Shown one piece after another: positions 30,718-41,367 of a stretch of 64,000 bases of DNA. A program made the position numbers and the translations under genes. Below the pieces are notes generated by a model that was not told the origin of the DNA, searched no databases, and saw only the letters and a program-made list of their open reading frames with translations. The stretch comes from Candidatus Muiribacterium halophilum (GTDB taxonomy: Bacteria; Muiribacteriota; Muiribacteriia; Muiribacteriales; Muiribacteriaceae): assembly GCA_002869225.1 (NCBI GenBank), contig PKTG01000025.1, positions 3,885 through 67,884 of the forward strand, given 5' to 3'. Within the stretch, counting starts at the first letter, position 1. Each line of letters starts with the position of its first letter.

Positions 30718-32589
30718 TTATTGTCCGAGAAAATCTTTTAATATCTTTTCCTGAGATGCGAATTTACTTTTTATCTCTTCAAAATTATCTTTATATTTTC
30801 TATCAAATATATCAATAAATATCTGTACTATATTTGGATCAAACTGTGTTCCACTATTATCCAGAAGTTCCTGTTTTGCAACGTCAGGCGGAAGCCCTTT
30901 TCTATATGCACGGTCAGAAGTCATCGCATCAAAAGTATCAGCAACCGCTATTATTCTAGCTCCAAGCGGTATTTTATCACCACTGAGGTTATCAGGATAA
31001 CCAGCTCCATCAAAACGTTCATGATGATGTCTTATAACGGGTATAAGACTTTTAAGGAAATCAACAGGTTCAAGTATTTTTCCAGATATAACCGGATGAG
31101 TCTTAATAATATCATATTCATCATGTGTTAATCTTCCAGGTTTACAAAGTATGGAATCTCTTATTCCTATCTTTCCAATATCATGTAGTAGCGCTGCTAT
31201 CTCAAGATCACTCACCTGTACAGGATTCATTCCCATCTCAGTAGCTATATCAACTGTATAAGCAGCTACCCTTCTTGAATGTCCATGAGTATATGCATCC
31301 TTTGAATCCATTGCATTAGCAAGCACCTCAACGGTACTTCTATAAAGGAATTTTATTCGATCGTATAATTTTGCATTATCAATTGCGTTTGCTGCCTGCT
31401 GAGCTATAGCTTCAAGCATATATAAGTCATGTTCGTTAAAGAGGATCTCACCTTTTCTATTCAAGACCTCAAGCACACCTATAACCTTCCCTTTTGATTT
31501 TAAAGGCACGGCAATGAGAGATCTTGTATTATATTTAGTATGATCGTCTGCATCTTTAAAAAATCGTTTATCTTTGGAGGTATCAGGTACCACTGCAGCT
31601 CTTCCTGTCTCAACTACCCAGCCAGCGATTCCCTGACCTTTTTTTAATCTTACCTCTTTGATCTTATCACCCTTTTCACCTATACCAACAATAAAATATA
31701 GTTCCTGTGTCCTTTCATCTATCATCATCACAGAGGAAGACTCACAGTTCATTACTTTTGTAGTAGCTTCCATTATCTTATTTATCAGACCATCTTCGCC
31801 ATGAAGTTCTATAGTTGTAGCAATCTCTTTCCCAACTTCATAAAGTATAGAAAGTTCATCGTTTGTCTGAATCAAAAGTTTTTCTTTTCTCAATTTCGAA
31901 TATAGACTTCTGAATATCTCAATAAGCATCTTGTCGAATTTTACTTTTCTGTTTGTCTTAAAGACGATACTATAATATAGTTCAGGATTTTCTATATCTC
32001 TATAAGTCATTATGAAATAATCTTTAAAAAATCTCTTTCCAGTCTCCGGGTCTGTATGTAGCTCTTCTTTTATTTTTTCTAAAGCTTCAGGTTCAATCGA
32101 TGAATATCTTGCTATTGTCTGATAACAATCTCGTTCAATAAAAGCAATATTTTTAATATTTGTCTTTTTTTGAAGGTATGACATAAGATATCTTGCAACA
32201 GAGTTTAATGAATCAAGTCTGACAACGTTTCCAAGAAATTTCGTGAACAGTCTTGGTTCCGCACTTATTTGAATGACATTGCCAGTCAGACGCCTTTTTA
32301 ATCTGAAAATATCATAAGCTTTGCCTGTCTTCTCATCAATATCAACGACTACCGCATTTATCTCAGGTTCACCAACAGCACCTTTCCACATAGTAGGTTT
32401 CATAGTAAGATACTGTTTTATTACCATTTCCGCATCCACACCAGCTATTGAATCAGCTGCACCTGTCATCCCAACATCGGTTATATAGGCAGTCCCACCT
32501 GACAGTATCTTTTCATCAGAAGTAGCTACATGAGTATGGGTACCAACAACAGCGGATACTCTTGAATCAAGATAGTTTCCAAAAGCCAT
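30718..32589 (-). CDS. GAF/HD-GYP phosphodiesterase joined in frame to the C-terminal part of the YmdB-like metallophosphoesterase
   Basis: The first ~100 residues (FGNYLDSRVSAVVGTHTHV...GTAYITDVGMTG) are the YmdB C-terminus. There is no stop codon before the GAF domain and the HD-GYP domain (HHERFDGAGYP). Confidence 0.6.
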   Translation of the reverse strand: MAFGNYLDSRVSAVVGTHTHVATSDEKILSGGTAYITDVGMTGAADSIAGVDAEMVIKQYLTMKPTMWKGAVGEPEINAVVVDIDEKTGKAYDIFRLKRRLTGNVIQISAEPRLFTKFLGNVVRLDSLNSVARYLMSYLQKKTNIKNIAFIERDCYQTIARYSSIEPEALEKIKEELHTDPETGKRFFKDYFIMTYRDIENPELYYSIVFKTNRKVKFDKMLIEIFRSLYSKLRKEKLLIQTNDELSILYEVGKEIATTIELHGEDGLINKIMEATTKVMNCESSSVMMIDERTQELYFIVGIGEKGDKIKEVRLKKGQGIAGWVVETGRAAVVPDTSKDKRFFKDADDHTKYNTRSLIAVPLKSKGKVIGVLEVLNRKGEILFNEHDLYMLEAIAQQAANAIDNAKLYDRIKFLYRSTVEVLANAMDSKDAYTHGHSRRVAAYTVDIATEMGMNPVQVSDLEIAALLHDIGKIGIRDSILCKPGRLTHDEYDIIKTHPVISGKILEPVDFLKSLIPVIRHHHERFDGAGYPDNLSGDKIPLGARIIAVADTFDAMTSDRAYRKGLPPDVAKQELLDNSGTQFDPNIVQIFIDIFDRKYKDNFEEIKSKFASQEKILKDFLGQ

Positions 32590-32652
32590 CTTCTCTATAG
32601 TTGACTCGGCATGAAATTCAACAAAGATGCATTTTATCTCATCATCAAAATC

Positions 32653-33090
32653 TTATAAGATCTCATCTGCTGCAATAAAAGGATTCATGTTATGAGAAAA
32701 TATCTCTTTTCCAAGAATGTTTATTATACTTTCCTGACCATGAAAAACAAGGACAGCTAACTTTTTACCATCTTTTTCAACTATTCTTAGACCTTGTCCC
32801 GGATTGTCCTCAGTAAAGTTTACCGGTCTAAGCAGTCTTGTATCTTCATCCTCCATAAGAGAATATACTTCTCTGTTAGACCACGTATGATTACCCAGAG
32901 TTATTATATCAACTCCAAGGTTTGTTATAATATCGTATGATTCCTTATCTATACCTAGACCTTTAGCTGCGTTTTCTCCATTTACAATAATGAAATCCGG
33001 TCTAAGCTCCTTTTTCATATCAGGAAGCAGTACTTTTATCGCTTCCAATCCAGGAATATCATCAATATCTCCAAGGAATAATATCCTCAT
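32653..33090 (-). pseudogene. ymdB: YmdB-like metallophosphoesterase (2',3'-cyclic-nucleotide phosphodiesterase family), N-terminal part ending at an in-frame TAA
   Basis: MRILFLGDIDD...VNGENAAKG... is interrupted by TAA at 32653-32655. The same frame continues directly with DFDDEIKCIFVEFHAE, the conserved YmdB continuation. Confidence 0.7.
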
Positions 33091-33806
33091 CCAGAAAAAA
33101 TCTCCTTTAAAAAACCTTTGTATTCTTTATTATCGTCATATATAACGAGAGGTTCTAATATTTTAGTCTCTATCCTAGAATTTTTTACAGCTTCTACCAT
33201 AAAAAGATGACTCATAGAATTCTCAAAAGAATGTACAAATTGTATTCTTTTAATTCCATATTTGTTTGCTAGCAACGTCCCTATGATCTCATTAAATCGA
33301 GTTGATTTGTGAATAAAACAAAGACTTCCTTTAGCGCTAAGTCTTCTTGACACCATCTTCACAAGAGCTTCCCAATTCATAAGATTCTCAAAACATGCAT
33401 TATATACAACTTCATTATCCGGCCTTTTTCCAGAACCTTTTTTCATATAAGGCGGATTTGTTATAACAAGATCAAATAAACTACTATCATGAAGATTTTC
33501 TTCAAGATAATCCCCATGTATAAGTTCAACTTTTCCAAATACTGAATTCTTTTTAAAATTTTCTGTTGCATCATCTACCAGAGAACTCTGAATTTCAAAT
33601 GCCCTAATATTAATACTTTCTTTTTTTGAAAGTAAAAGGAATTCGATAATTCCTCCAGCGCATCCAAGATCAAGCACTTTCCTTTTATCACTAAGATCTA
33701 CAAAGTTAGCAAGTAGTATAGGATCAACGGTAAATGGATAATCTGTATCCTCGATCAGTTTAAAGATCTTCCCGTTTATATATTCAAGTCTAAACTCTTT
33801 TTTCAT
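33087..33806 (-). CDS. SAM-dependent N6-adenine methyltransferase, tRNA (adenine37-N6) TrmN6/YfiC-like
   Basis: Motif I VLDLGCAGGIIEF and an NPPY motif (VITNPPY). The size fits YfiC, about 240 aa. Confidence 0.5.
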   Translation of the reverse strand: MKKEFRLEYINGKIFKLIEDTDYPFTVDPILLANFVDLSDKRKVLDLGCAGGIIEFLLLSKKESINIRAFEIQSSLVDDATENFKKNSVFGKVELIHGDYLEENLHDSSLFDLVITNPPYMKKGSGKRPDNEVVYNACFENLMNWEALVKMVSRRLSAKGSLCFIHKSTRFNEIIGTLLANKYGIKRIQFVHSFENSMSHLFMVEAVKNSRIETKILEPLVIYDDNKEYKGFLKEIFSG

Positions 33807-34711
33807 CCTTCATCTTCACAGGTATCCTGATATATTCCTTCACCAATCGCTTCTTTTAAAGCAGCTATAGCGACTTCAAGCTGTTCATCTTCCGGTTCTC
33901 TTGTAGTAAGATACTGTAACCATAGACCTGGTTTTACTAAAGTCCTAATAATAGGGTTCTCAAAATTTCTTCCTGCCATCTTTATAAATTCAAACGATAT
34001 TCCTGCCACAACAGGCATCAATAAGATCTTACAAAGTACTTTTATGTACCATGTATCTACTGCGATAACAGAAAACACCAACATAGATATAACCATAACG
34101 AACATAAGGAATGAGGTCCCACATCTAGGATGAAGTCTTGGATATCTTTTAGCATTCTCTACCGTGAGCTCCTCTTCTGATTCAAAAGCATATATTGCTT
34201 TATGTTCTGCACCATGATATTTGAATACCTTTTCAATATCATCAAGTCTGGATATAGAGAAAACATACCCTAAAAAGATAATTATCCTAGATATACCTTC
34301 TAAAAGATTAATATAATAAGGATTTGTCGTGATAAAATTTTCTATTAATTTTGATATACCCTGAGGAAGCAGAATAAACAGAAATATCCCTATCGACATT
34401 GCCATCAAAATAGTTGTTGTTATCTCAGCCGTAGTGAGTTCACCTTCCTCTTCCTTTGGATCAGTTGCTGCAATATTTGCTGATATTGTCAGATACTTGA
34501 CCCCAATCACAAGCGCCTGAACAAGAGAATACATCCCTCTTAATATAGGTAGCCTGAATACACTTCTTTTCTTCTTTTCCGATATCTTCTCATGCTTTAC
34601 GATTATGTTTCCTTCCGGTGAACGTACTGCAAGAGCAACATCATCTTCACTGCGCATCATTACGCCTTCTATTACAGCCTGACCGCCAACTTCTTTCATG
34701 TCTACTCCCAT
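33803..34711 (-). CDS. DUF1385 (YqhQ-like) membrane protein
   Basis: GGQAVIEGVMMR N-terminal signature plus a C-terminal multi-TM region. Confidence 0.5.
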   Translation of the reverse strand: MGVDMKEVGGQAVIEGVMMRSEDDVALAVRSPEGNIIVKHEKISEKKKRSVFRLPILRGMYSLVQALVIGVKYLTISANIAATDPKEEEGELTTAEITTTILMAMSIGIFLFILLPQGISKLIENFITTNPYYINLLEGISRIIIFLGYVFSISRLDDIEKVFKYHGAEHKAIYAFESEEELTVENAKRYPRLHPRCGTSFLMFVMVISMLVFSVIAVDTWYIKVLCKILLMPVVAGISFEFIKMAGRNFENPIIRTLVKPGLWLQYLTTREPEDEQLEVAIAALKEAIGEGIYQDTCEDEG

Positions 34712-34791
34712 ACTATGTTTATTATAATTTTTTAACCAGTCACCACGATTATCGGCTAAAACAATTTTATTCTTAATCTTTTTATTTTTTA

Positions 34792-36630
34792 TTATCTTAA
34801 AGTTATGATTTCTTCTTCCAACATATATAAAAGCTCTTTTTCTAAAACTTCTTTATCAACATCACATATTTTAAGCATCTTTTCTAAGCTATTTGCTTTT
34901 TTATCATATATAAGTTCAACGATTTTTTTTCTTTTTATGTCGTCTATTATCTTTCTTTTCTTTTCCTTATAAGAAAAATAGCAATAATACTCACCGTTAT
35001 CTCCATAGAGTTCTTTATCGTACAAATTCTCTTTTTCAGGAAATTTCTTTTTATCTTTTGTTATAATATTTTTTAATGTAAATACTGTATTTTCATCAAA
35101 AATAGTTTTTTTGATCTTTTGCTTTTTTTCTTTTCTTATATCCATGTTTTCTTTTTCTTTAAATTGAAATCTTTCCTTTGGATCTTTTGAGGTTATCGTA
35201 TGATCTAAAAAAACTATTTTTTCAAATTCTTCATCAAAAAGCCCTGTTGTATTTAAAAAGTCAACAAAGATCCTATAAACATTCATCCTCGCTATCGAAT
35301 GTATTAGATTCTTCTTTTTAAGAGTATGATCACACAGCTGTCTGAAAATTACGCTAGCTGGTATCTGCTTTTTATTTATTAAATAAAAAAAGGAGTTTTT
35401 TAGAAAATTACTATTATAAAATACATTTATAGTCTTGGATATATTATCAATATATCTTATGTCTTCAAATGTAAAAGTGTCACTTTTTAAAACACTATAA
35501 GGCGGTTCACTTTCAAATAATATGTTATAATCTCTTGCTTTTTTTATAATAGATGTTCCTGGAAGCATTTTTAAGATGTTTATCTGAAGAATATCCGGCA
35601 TTAGCCTTCCAAGTATATCTATTGTGTAAAAAACACTTTCAATATAATCATCCGGCAATCCTGCTATAAGATCAAGATGAATAGATAGGTTTCTTTTTTC
35701 TGTCAATCCCCTAATGTTTTCGAGCAACCTGTTTTCCTTCTCTTTTCTTTCCACCTTTTCTAATACTTTCGGATTTAAAGTCTGAACACCTATCTCAAGT
35801 TGAAACCTTCCTTTTGGAACGTTTCTTAGAAACTCTAAAAACTCATCACTCATAATATCCGCTCTTATCTCAAACTGATACAATATATCAGGACAATTCT
35901 TCAGGATATAGGACATTATACTCATCGCTCTTTTCTCATTGACGTTAAAGGTTCGATCTATCACCCGAAGTGTATTTATACCCGAAGCAGATAAAGAAGA
36001 TATGTTTTTTAAGACCTTATCAACAGGATGGTTTCTTACCGGAATTTTATTTCCCGATGTGCAGTATGAACAATCAAATGGACAACCCCGACTAGTCTCG
36101 GTATAGGCAAATGAAAGTACTTTATCCTTAATATCATCTTTATCTATTAGATCTATTGATGAAAGATCCTTTTCAAAATAATCGTTTATTTCCTTTTTTT
36201 CATAGTTTAGATCTTTTGAATAAATCCCGAATTCAGACATGTCACTTTTTATAATGGAAATATCTTTATAGATCTTTTTTAGGGGAGTCTCACCTTCACC
36301 AAGTATTATGACATCACAGCATAGTTGTTTAAAGTTATACTTAAGATCTTCAAATGCAAGCTGCGGCCCCCCTACAATCACAATTGAAGAAGGGTTTATC
36401 TTTTTTAATGCTCTTATTATCTTCTTGGTTATCTCATAATTCCATATATAGACAGAAAAAGCATATATATCATACTTTTTCATAGTCAATATTTCAAGAT
36501 GATCGATTAATGTATCCTTTGAATTTAATTCAAGAATCTCAGCATCAGGAATACTGTTTTTTTTTAGCATCCTGATCGACTGAGATATCTGATAATGTCT
36601 CGAATTTATACCTACTAAAAGAATTTCCAC
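34792..36630 (-). CDS. B12-binding domain-containing radical SAM protein (DUF4080-type C-terminus)
   Basis: N-terminal B12-binding-like Rossmann segment, then a CPFDCSYC (Cx3Cx2C) radical SAM core, then a long C-terminal extension. Confidence 0.6.
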   Translation of the reverse strand: MEILLVGINSRHYQISQSIRMLKKNSIPDAEILELNSKDTLIDHLEILTMKKYDIYAFSVYIWNYEITKKIIRALKKINPSSIVIVGGPQLAFEDLKYNFKQLCCDVIILGEGETPLKKIYKDISIIKSDMSEFGIYSKDLNYEKKEINDYFEKDLSSIDLIDKDDIKDKVLSFAYTETSRGCPFDCSYCTSGNKIPVRNHPVDKVLKNISSLSASGINTLRVIDRTFNVNEKRAMSIMSYILKNCPDILYQFEIRADIMSDEFLEFLRNVPKGRFQLEIGVQTLNPKVLEKVERKEKENRLLENIRGLTEKRNLSIHLDLIAGLPDDYIESVFYTIDILGRLMPDILQINILKMLPGTSIIKKARDYNILFESEPPYSVLKSDTFTFEDIRYIDNISKTINVFYNSNFLKNSFFYLINKKQIPASVIFRQLCDHTLKKKNLIHSIARMNVYRIFVDFLNTTGLFDEEFEKIVFLDHTITSKDPKERFQFKEKENMDIRKEKKQKIKKTIFDENTVFTLKNIITKDKKKFPEKENLYDKELYGDNGEYYCYFSYKEKKRKIIDDIKRKKIVELIYDKKANSLEKMLKICDVDKEVLEKELLYMLEEEIITLR

Positions 36631-36633
36631 ACT

Positions 36634-37266
36634 TTAATCTTCTTCGTTTAATCTAAGATGTATCATAGTTTCACCAGCATTGTTGGTCTCCACTTTTATC
36701 ACTCTGACCTCGCCTTTACCTGCAAGGAATTGTTTTTTCAGAAAGTTCAATCTTTTCTTCAATGCTTCAGGATCTACATGTGCTTTCTTTGTATACCCTT
36801 TCATATCCTCAAAAATAAGTTTCTCAATATATTCAATATCTTCTCTAAGCATACCATTTTCCAGAAGAAGATCTTTACTACTATTTTTGATATTTGTCAG
36901 AATATCATCTAAAACAAGAAACATATCATATTCATCATTTATCTTTTTGTTCTTTACTAGATATTTTGTTCTTTCATATCTTATTGCCCCAGCTTTGACT
37001 AAGTGATTCAATCTTTCCCAATCTATTTTTCCTTTATCAACTGCTGGCCATGGATCAAGATTGAAATATGAAAAGTCAGTCTTTTTTTCCTTGTACTCTT
37101 CTTTATCCTCAAGTTCGTTTGGAATAACGATCTTTAATATAAGATTTTTCTCGTTACCTTCAAGTTGATCACTTACCGGAAAAGTAAGGGTTGATTCACT
37201 ATACACCAATATAAATGACATTAGCAGTATAATCGAAGTAATAATTCTTTTCATTCCAACCTCCAT
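36634..37266 (-). CDS. hypothetical secreted protein
   Basis: Signal peptide; no recognisable domain. Confidence 0.3.
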   Translation of the reverse strand: MEVGMKRIITSIILLMSFILVYSESTLTFPVSDQLEGNEKNLILKIVIPNELEDKEEYKEKKTDFSYFNLDPWPAVDKGKIDWERLNHLVKAGAIRYERTKYLVKNKKINDEYDMFLVLDDILTNIKNSSKDLLLENGMLREDIEYIEKLIFEDMKGYTKKAHVDPEALKKRLNFLKKQFLAGKGEVRVIKVETNNAGETMIHLRLNEED

Positions 37267-37267
37267 G

Positions 37268-38224
37268 TCAGATCTCTATAATCTTCTTTGTAGAAGCGGT
37301 AAGTATCTCAGGTCCATCTTTTCTGACTACGACATCGTCCTCGATTCTTATTCCACCCCAACCAGGAATATATATACCCGGTTCAACTGTTATAACATTT
37401 CCTTCTTCGAGTTTCTTATCACTTCGAGAAGAGACAGCCGGGTTCTCATGTACATCTATACCCAGTCCATGCCCGAGACTATGTCCAAATCTATCCCCAA
37501 AACCTTTTTTACTAATATAGTCTCTAGCTACTTTATCTATATCGGCAGCTTTTACACCTGGCTTAATCGCATCTATTGCTTTAAGCTGAGCACTTAGAAC
37601 TATACCGTATATTTCCTTAAACCTTTTATCAGCTTTACCTACAAATACTGTTCTTGTCATATCTGAACAATAATCCTGATATCTTGCTCCATAATCCATC
37701 TTAAGCATCTTGCCTTTTTTTATCACAGTATCACTTACCACTGCATGCGGAAGTGAAGCGTTCTCTCCAAAAGCTGCTATTGTATCAAACGAATTTTTTG
37801 AAGCTCCATATTTTTTCTGACAAGATTCAATAAAATCTGATACTTCTTTCTCTGTTTTCCCTGGTTTTATAAATTTAATAACATCTCTAAACGTCTTATC
37901 AGTTATCTTTACTGCTTTTCTTATCTTATCGATCTCATCTTCGGATTTACAACTCCTTACCTTCTCGATCATCTCACCACCAGGCAATAGAGAAATAGAT
38001 CTATCCTTAAACTTTTCAAACATAGAATAAGTCATATGACCAGCTTCAAAATAATACTTTCTTCTTTTTGAGAAATGATCATATAGATCAGCACCACTAA
38101 ACATTATGAGTTTGCCATCCGGACAATTTTCCTTAAGATTCTCTTTTATATGATCAAAATAAATAAAATTAGTTATTATCTTAATATCGTTTCCTTCTAT
38201 AAGGATAAAGGTACTATCAGCCAT
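37268..38224 (-). CDS. M24 family metallopeptidase (Xaa-Pro aminopeptidase-like)
   Basis: HGLGHGLGIDVHE and VEPGIY pita-bread fold motifs. Confidence 0.75.
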   Translation of the reverse strand: MADSTFILIEGNDIKIITNFIYFDHIKENLKENCPDGKLIMFSGADLYDHFSKRRKYYFEAGHMTYSMFEKFKDRSISLLPGGEMIEKVRSCKSEDEIDKIRKAVKITDKTFRDVIKFIKPGKTEKEVSDFIESCQKKYGASKNSFDTIAAFGENASLPHAVVSDTVIKKGKMLKMDYGARYQDYCSDMTRTVFVGKADKRFKEIYGIVLSAQLKAIDAIKPGVKAADIDKVARDYISKKGFGDRFGHSLGHGLGIDVHENPAVSSRSDKKLEEGNVITVEPGIYIPGWGGIRIEDDVVVRKDGPEILTASTKKIIEI

Positions 38225-38325
38225 GACTCCTGTAATATAAAATATATTTTAAGGCTTTGTTATAAGAATGGATGATCTTTTTACCTTTTCACGAAATCTT
38301 CTGATATCAAATCTTTTTGCCATTT

Positions 38326-39573
38326 TCAACTCCCTATATTACTAAAATCAAACTCTTCAGGTCCAACAGCCACACCTGTAATATTATTAAAATCAAGATA
38401 TTTTGATGCTGTATATCTTATTGATTTCATATTGACGTCATCGATATTCTTAACAACATCATCAAGAGCTATTATTCTGTCATAATATATAAGTGATGAT
38501 GCAAGTCTTCTCATCCTGGCAGAGGTACTTTCAAGAGAGAGTATTATATTTCCCTTTAGCTGTTGTTTTCCTCTTTTAAGTTCCTTTTCCAGCACCCCAC
38601 TCTTTATTATCCCCTTCAACTCTTTCATTACAAGTTCAGCTACTTTTTGAGTGTTTACAGGATTACACGCATAATAAACTACAGACATACCAGAATTCTT
38701 ATGCGCCTGTGTATAGGAATAAATAGTATAAACAAAACCAAATCTTTCTCTTATTTCCTGAAATAATCTTGAAGACATACCACCACCTAAGATCGATGAC
38801 AATATACCGAAAGCATATTTATCATCTGAAACCTGACATGGTCCTGTAAGAGCAAGACAAAGATGCGTTTGCTTTATATCTTTTTTTATAAACTTTGGAA
38901 CACCTATCTTTTTATGTTCCGGAATCTCTATCTGAGCCGAGTTTCCTTTTTTCATATTCCTAAACTTTCTTTCCACCATATTGATGAGTTCAGGTTCTTC
39001 AAAGTTTCCTGCAACCGATATTATTGTATTTTTTCTTGTATAGTTCTTTCTTACATATTCAACAAGATCTTTTCTCTTTGTTTTTCTGACAGATTCTATA
39101 GTCCCTAAGATATTACTACCTAAAGGATGATCCTCCCAGTAGACTTCATTTATCATATCATTTGCAAGTTCATCAGGATTGTCTTCATACATCCCAATCT
39201 CTTCAATTATGACTTCCTTCTCTTTTTCCATCTCTTTAGAGTCAAATTTAGAATTGATGACTATATCAGCCAAGACATCCACAGCAAGTTCTATATGTTC
39301 AGATATTATTCTTACATAAAAACAAGTGTACTCCTTGCTTGAAAAAGCGTTAAGATAACCTCCAACACTATCGAGCTGCTCAGCAATATCTCTAGCCGAT
39401 CTTTTTTCAGTACCTTTAAACACCATATGTTCTACATAATGAGATATTCCATCAGGAAAGCCTTTTTCAAAAGCTGTTCCTGTTTTGACCCACACTCCGA
39501 TACTAACAGATTTAACATGAGGTATTTTTTCATAGACCAAGGTCAGATCATCTATTTTTTTTATGTCTATCAA
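38326..39573 (-). CDS. M16 family (pitrilysin/insulinase-like) zinc peptidase
   Basis: Inverted zinc motif HxxEH (GISHYVEHMVFKGT). Confidence 0.85.
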   Translation of the reverse strand: MIDIKKIDDLTLVYEKIPHVKSVSIGVWVKTGTAFEKGFPDGISHYVEHMVFKGTEKRSARDIAEQLDSVGGYLNAFSSKEYTCFYVRIISEHIELAVDVLADIVINSKFDSKEMEKEKEVIIEEIGMYEDNPDELANDMINEVYWEDHPLGSNILGTIESVRKTKRKDLVEYVRKNYTRKNTIISVAGNFEEPELINMVERKFRNMKKGNSAQIEIPEHKKIGVPKFIKKDIKQTHLCLALTGPCQVSDDKYAFGILSSILGGGMSSRLFQEIRERFGFVYTIYSYTQAHKNSGMSVVYYACNPVNTQKVAELVMKELKGIIKSGVLEKELKRGKQQLKGNIILSLESTSARMRRLASSLIYYDRIIALDDVVKNIDDVNMKSIRYTASKYLDFNNITGVAVGPEEFDFSNIGS

Positions 39574-40298
39574 TTCTTTATCCTCTTTTCTTTAAGTTTA
39601 TCCAGTTTTTTTATCTCATCATAGATGAGTTCTCTACTATCACCTTTTTTCAGTCCCTTTAAAGTCAATGGACCAAAACGGACTCTGATAAGCCTTGATA
39701 CAAGATGACCTGAAGCTTCACAGATCTTTCTTATCTCTCTATTGACTCCTTCAGTAAGGACAATGGATATCCATGACGAATTCTTATTTTTCTGCAATAC
39801 TCTTACAGATACGGGTTTCACATTTCGCCTGTCTATTCTTCGTTTTTTAGATAACTCACGTATACTGTCTTCATCTACCAGTCCTCTTACCTTTACCTTA
39901 TATTCTCTTTCGATCCCATTCTCAGGTAAAGATAAAAATTTTTTCATCTCTCCATCATTTGTAAGTATCACCAAACCTTCCGAGTTAAAATCCAACCTTC
40001 CAACATAACTCAAATAGACACGACTTTTAAATAGATCAAAGATCGTTGGTCTACCTTCAGGATCCGCATGAGTACAAATATATCCAGGAGGTTTGTTCAA
40101 TATCATAAACTTTCTTTTGACATTGAAATTTATCTTCTTTCCATTTACTTTGAGTGAGTCTACAGCAGGATCGATCTTATCACCTAAGGATGCCTTCATA
40201 CCATTTATAAGAACCTTGCCATCCTGAATGATCTTTTCAGCCTGCCTTCTTGACATCACACCTGCGTTTGATAGTAGTTTCTGTATTCTTTCCTTCAT
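39570..40298 (-). CDS. rluB: rRNA pseudouridine synthase, RsuA/RluB family
   Basis: N-terminal S4 domain and the catalytic motif GRLDFNSEGLVILTNDG. Confidence 0.85.
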   Translation of the reverse strand: MKERIQKLLSNAGVMSRRQAEKIIQDGKVLINGMKASLGDKIDPAVDSLKVNGKKINFNVKRKFMILNKPPGYICTHADPEGRPTIFDLFKSRVYLSYVGRLDFNSEGLVILTNDGEMKKFLSLPENGIEREYKVKVRGLVDEDSIRELSKKRRIDRRNVKPVSVRVLQKNKNSSWISIVLTEGVNREIRKICEASGHLVSRLIRVRFGPLTLKGLKKGDSRELIYDEIKKLDKLKEKRIKN

Positions 40299-40505
40299 AA
40301 TACCTTCAGCTTTCTTTTTTAAGATATGTTAACATAAATCTGATATAGTGACATAATATAAAAAATAAGTAAAAAATCCTTTATATTACTGTAACGGAAA
40401 AAAAAGGAAAAACATTAATAAAATGAAAGATTTTAAAAATATTTTTTTAAACTTATTCACTTTATAGGTATATTTATTTTCTTTTATATTCTCTGGACAG
40501 CGGAT

Positions 40506-41336
40506 ATGAAAAAACTAATTCAAACTTTTTCGAAAACAGATATTAAATGGTTTTCTTTAACGCTTCTACTTATACCTTTTTTGGAAATACCAAGGATGTT
40601 AAGGTTTAATATACTTTTAAGACTTGAAGGAATAAGACTCGATTTAAAAAGCATATTCCTATCTTATCAATCATCTATCTTTTTCGGTAATATATCGCCG
40701 CTTAGAGCTGGTGATTTTTATAAGATAAGATATTTTAAGATCCCAACATTTAAAGGAATAATTCTCGTTATGGCAGATAGGGGGTTCGATTTTATATTAC
40801 TTGTCGTCTCGGGTATATATTCCTTCGGAGTCTTTAAAGATTCCATTACTCTTAGATTTGTAGCTTTAAGTATATCAATATTTTTGATCCTATCATTTGT
40901 ATTCATAAGAATATTTGGAAAAAAGATAAAATTTCTGGAGCGTATTCTTAAAAAGACTTCCACTATTGATCTTCTAACAAAATGGACTTTAAAAGATGCT
41001 TTTTTTCTTACTCTATATTCTATCACCGCAACATTGTTATTTTTCTTTTTTAATCACCTGATATTAAATCTTACTATGAGTACCGATGTTTCCTTTACCG
41101 ACGTCATTCTAATAGTGTCCATGGTATCCTTATCTAACATAATACCTATAACAATATCAGGTATAGGTACAAGAGAAGCACTTTCCCTTCTTATACTTTC
41201 AAGTTATGGATTAAAACAGGAAACAGCAATAACCTATGGTGCTTTGGCGTTTATACTTACCATGTTAGCTGCCAGCATTTACTCCTTTCTCATCTGGCTT
41301 TTAGCCCAAAAACATTTTAAATATACTTATGATTGA
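40506..41336 (+). CDS. polytopic membrane protein, flippase-like (lysyl-phosphatidylglycerol synthase TM-region family)
   Basis: 276 aa with 6-8 predicted TM helices and family resemblance to UPF0104-type proteins. Weak call. Confidence 0.35.
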   Translation: MKKLIQTFSKTDIKWFSLTLLLIPFLEIPRMLRFNILLRLEGIRLDLKSIFLSYQSSIFFGNISPLRAGDFYKIRYFKIPTFKGIILVMADRGFDFILLVVSGIYSFGVFKDSITLRFVALSISIFLILSFVFIRIFGKKIKFLERILKKTSTIDLLTKWTLKDAFFLTLYSITATLLFFFFNHLILNLTMSTDVSFTDVILIVSMVSLSNIIPITISGIGTREALSLLILSSYGLKQETAITYGALAFILTMLAASIYSFLIWLLAQKHFKYTYD

Positions 41337-41367
41337 ACGCTTAATTTTTTTCTGTTAAAATCTTTTT

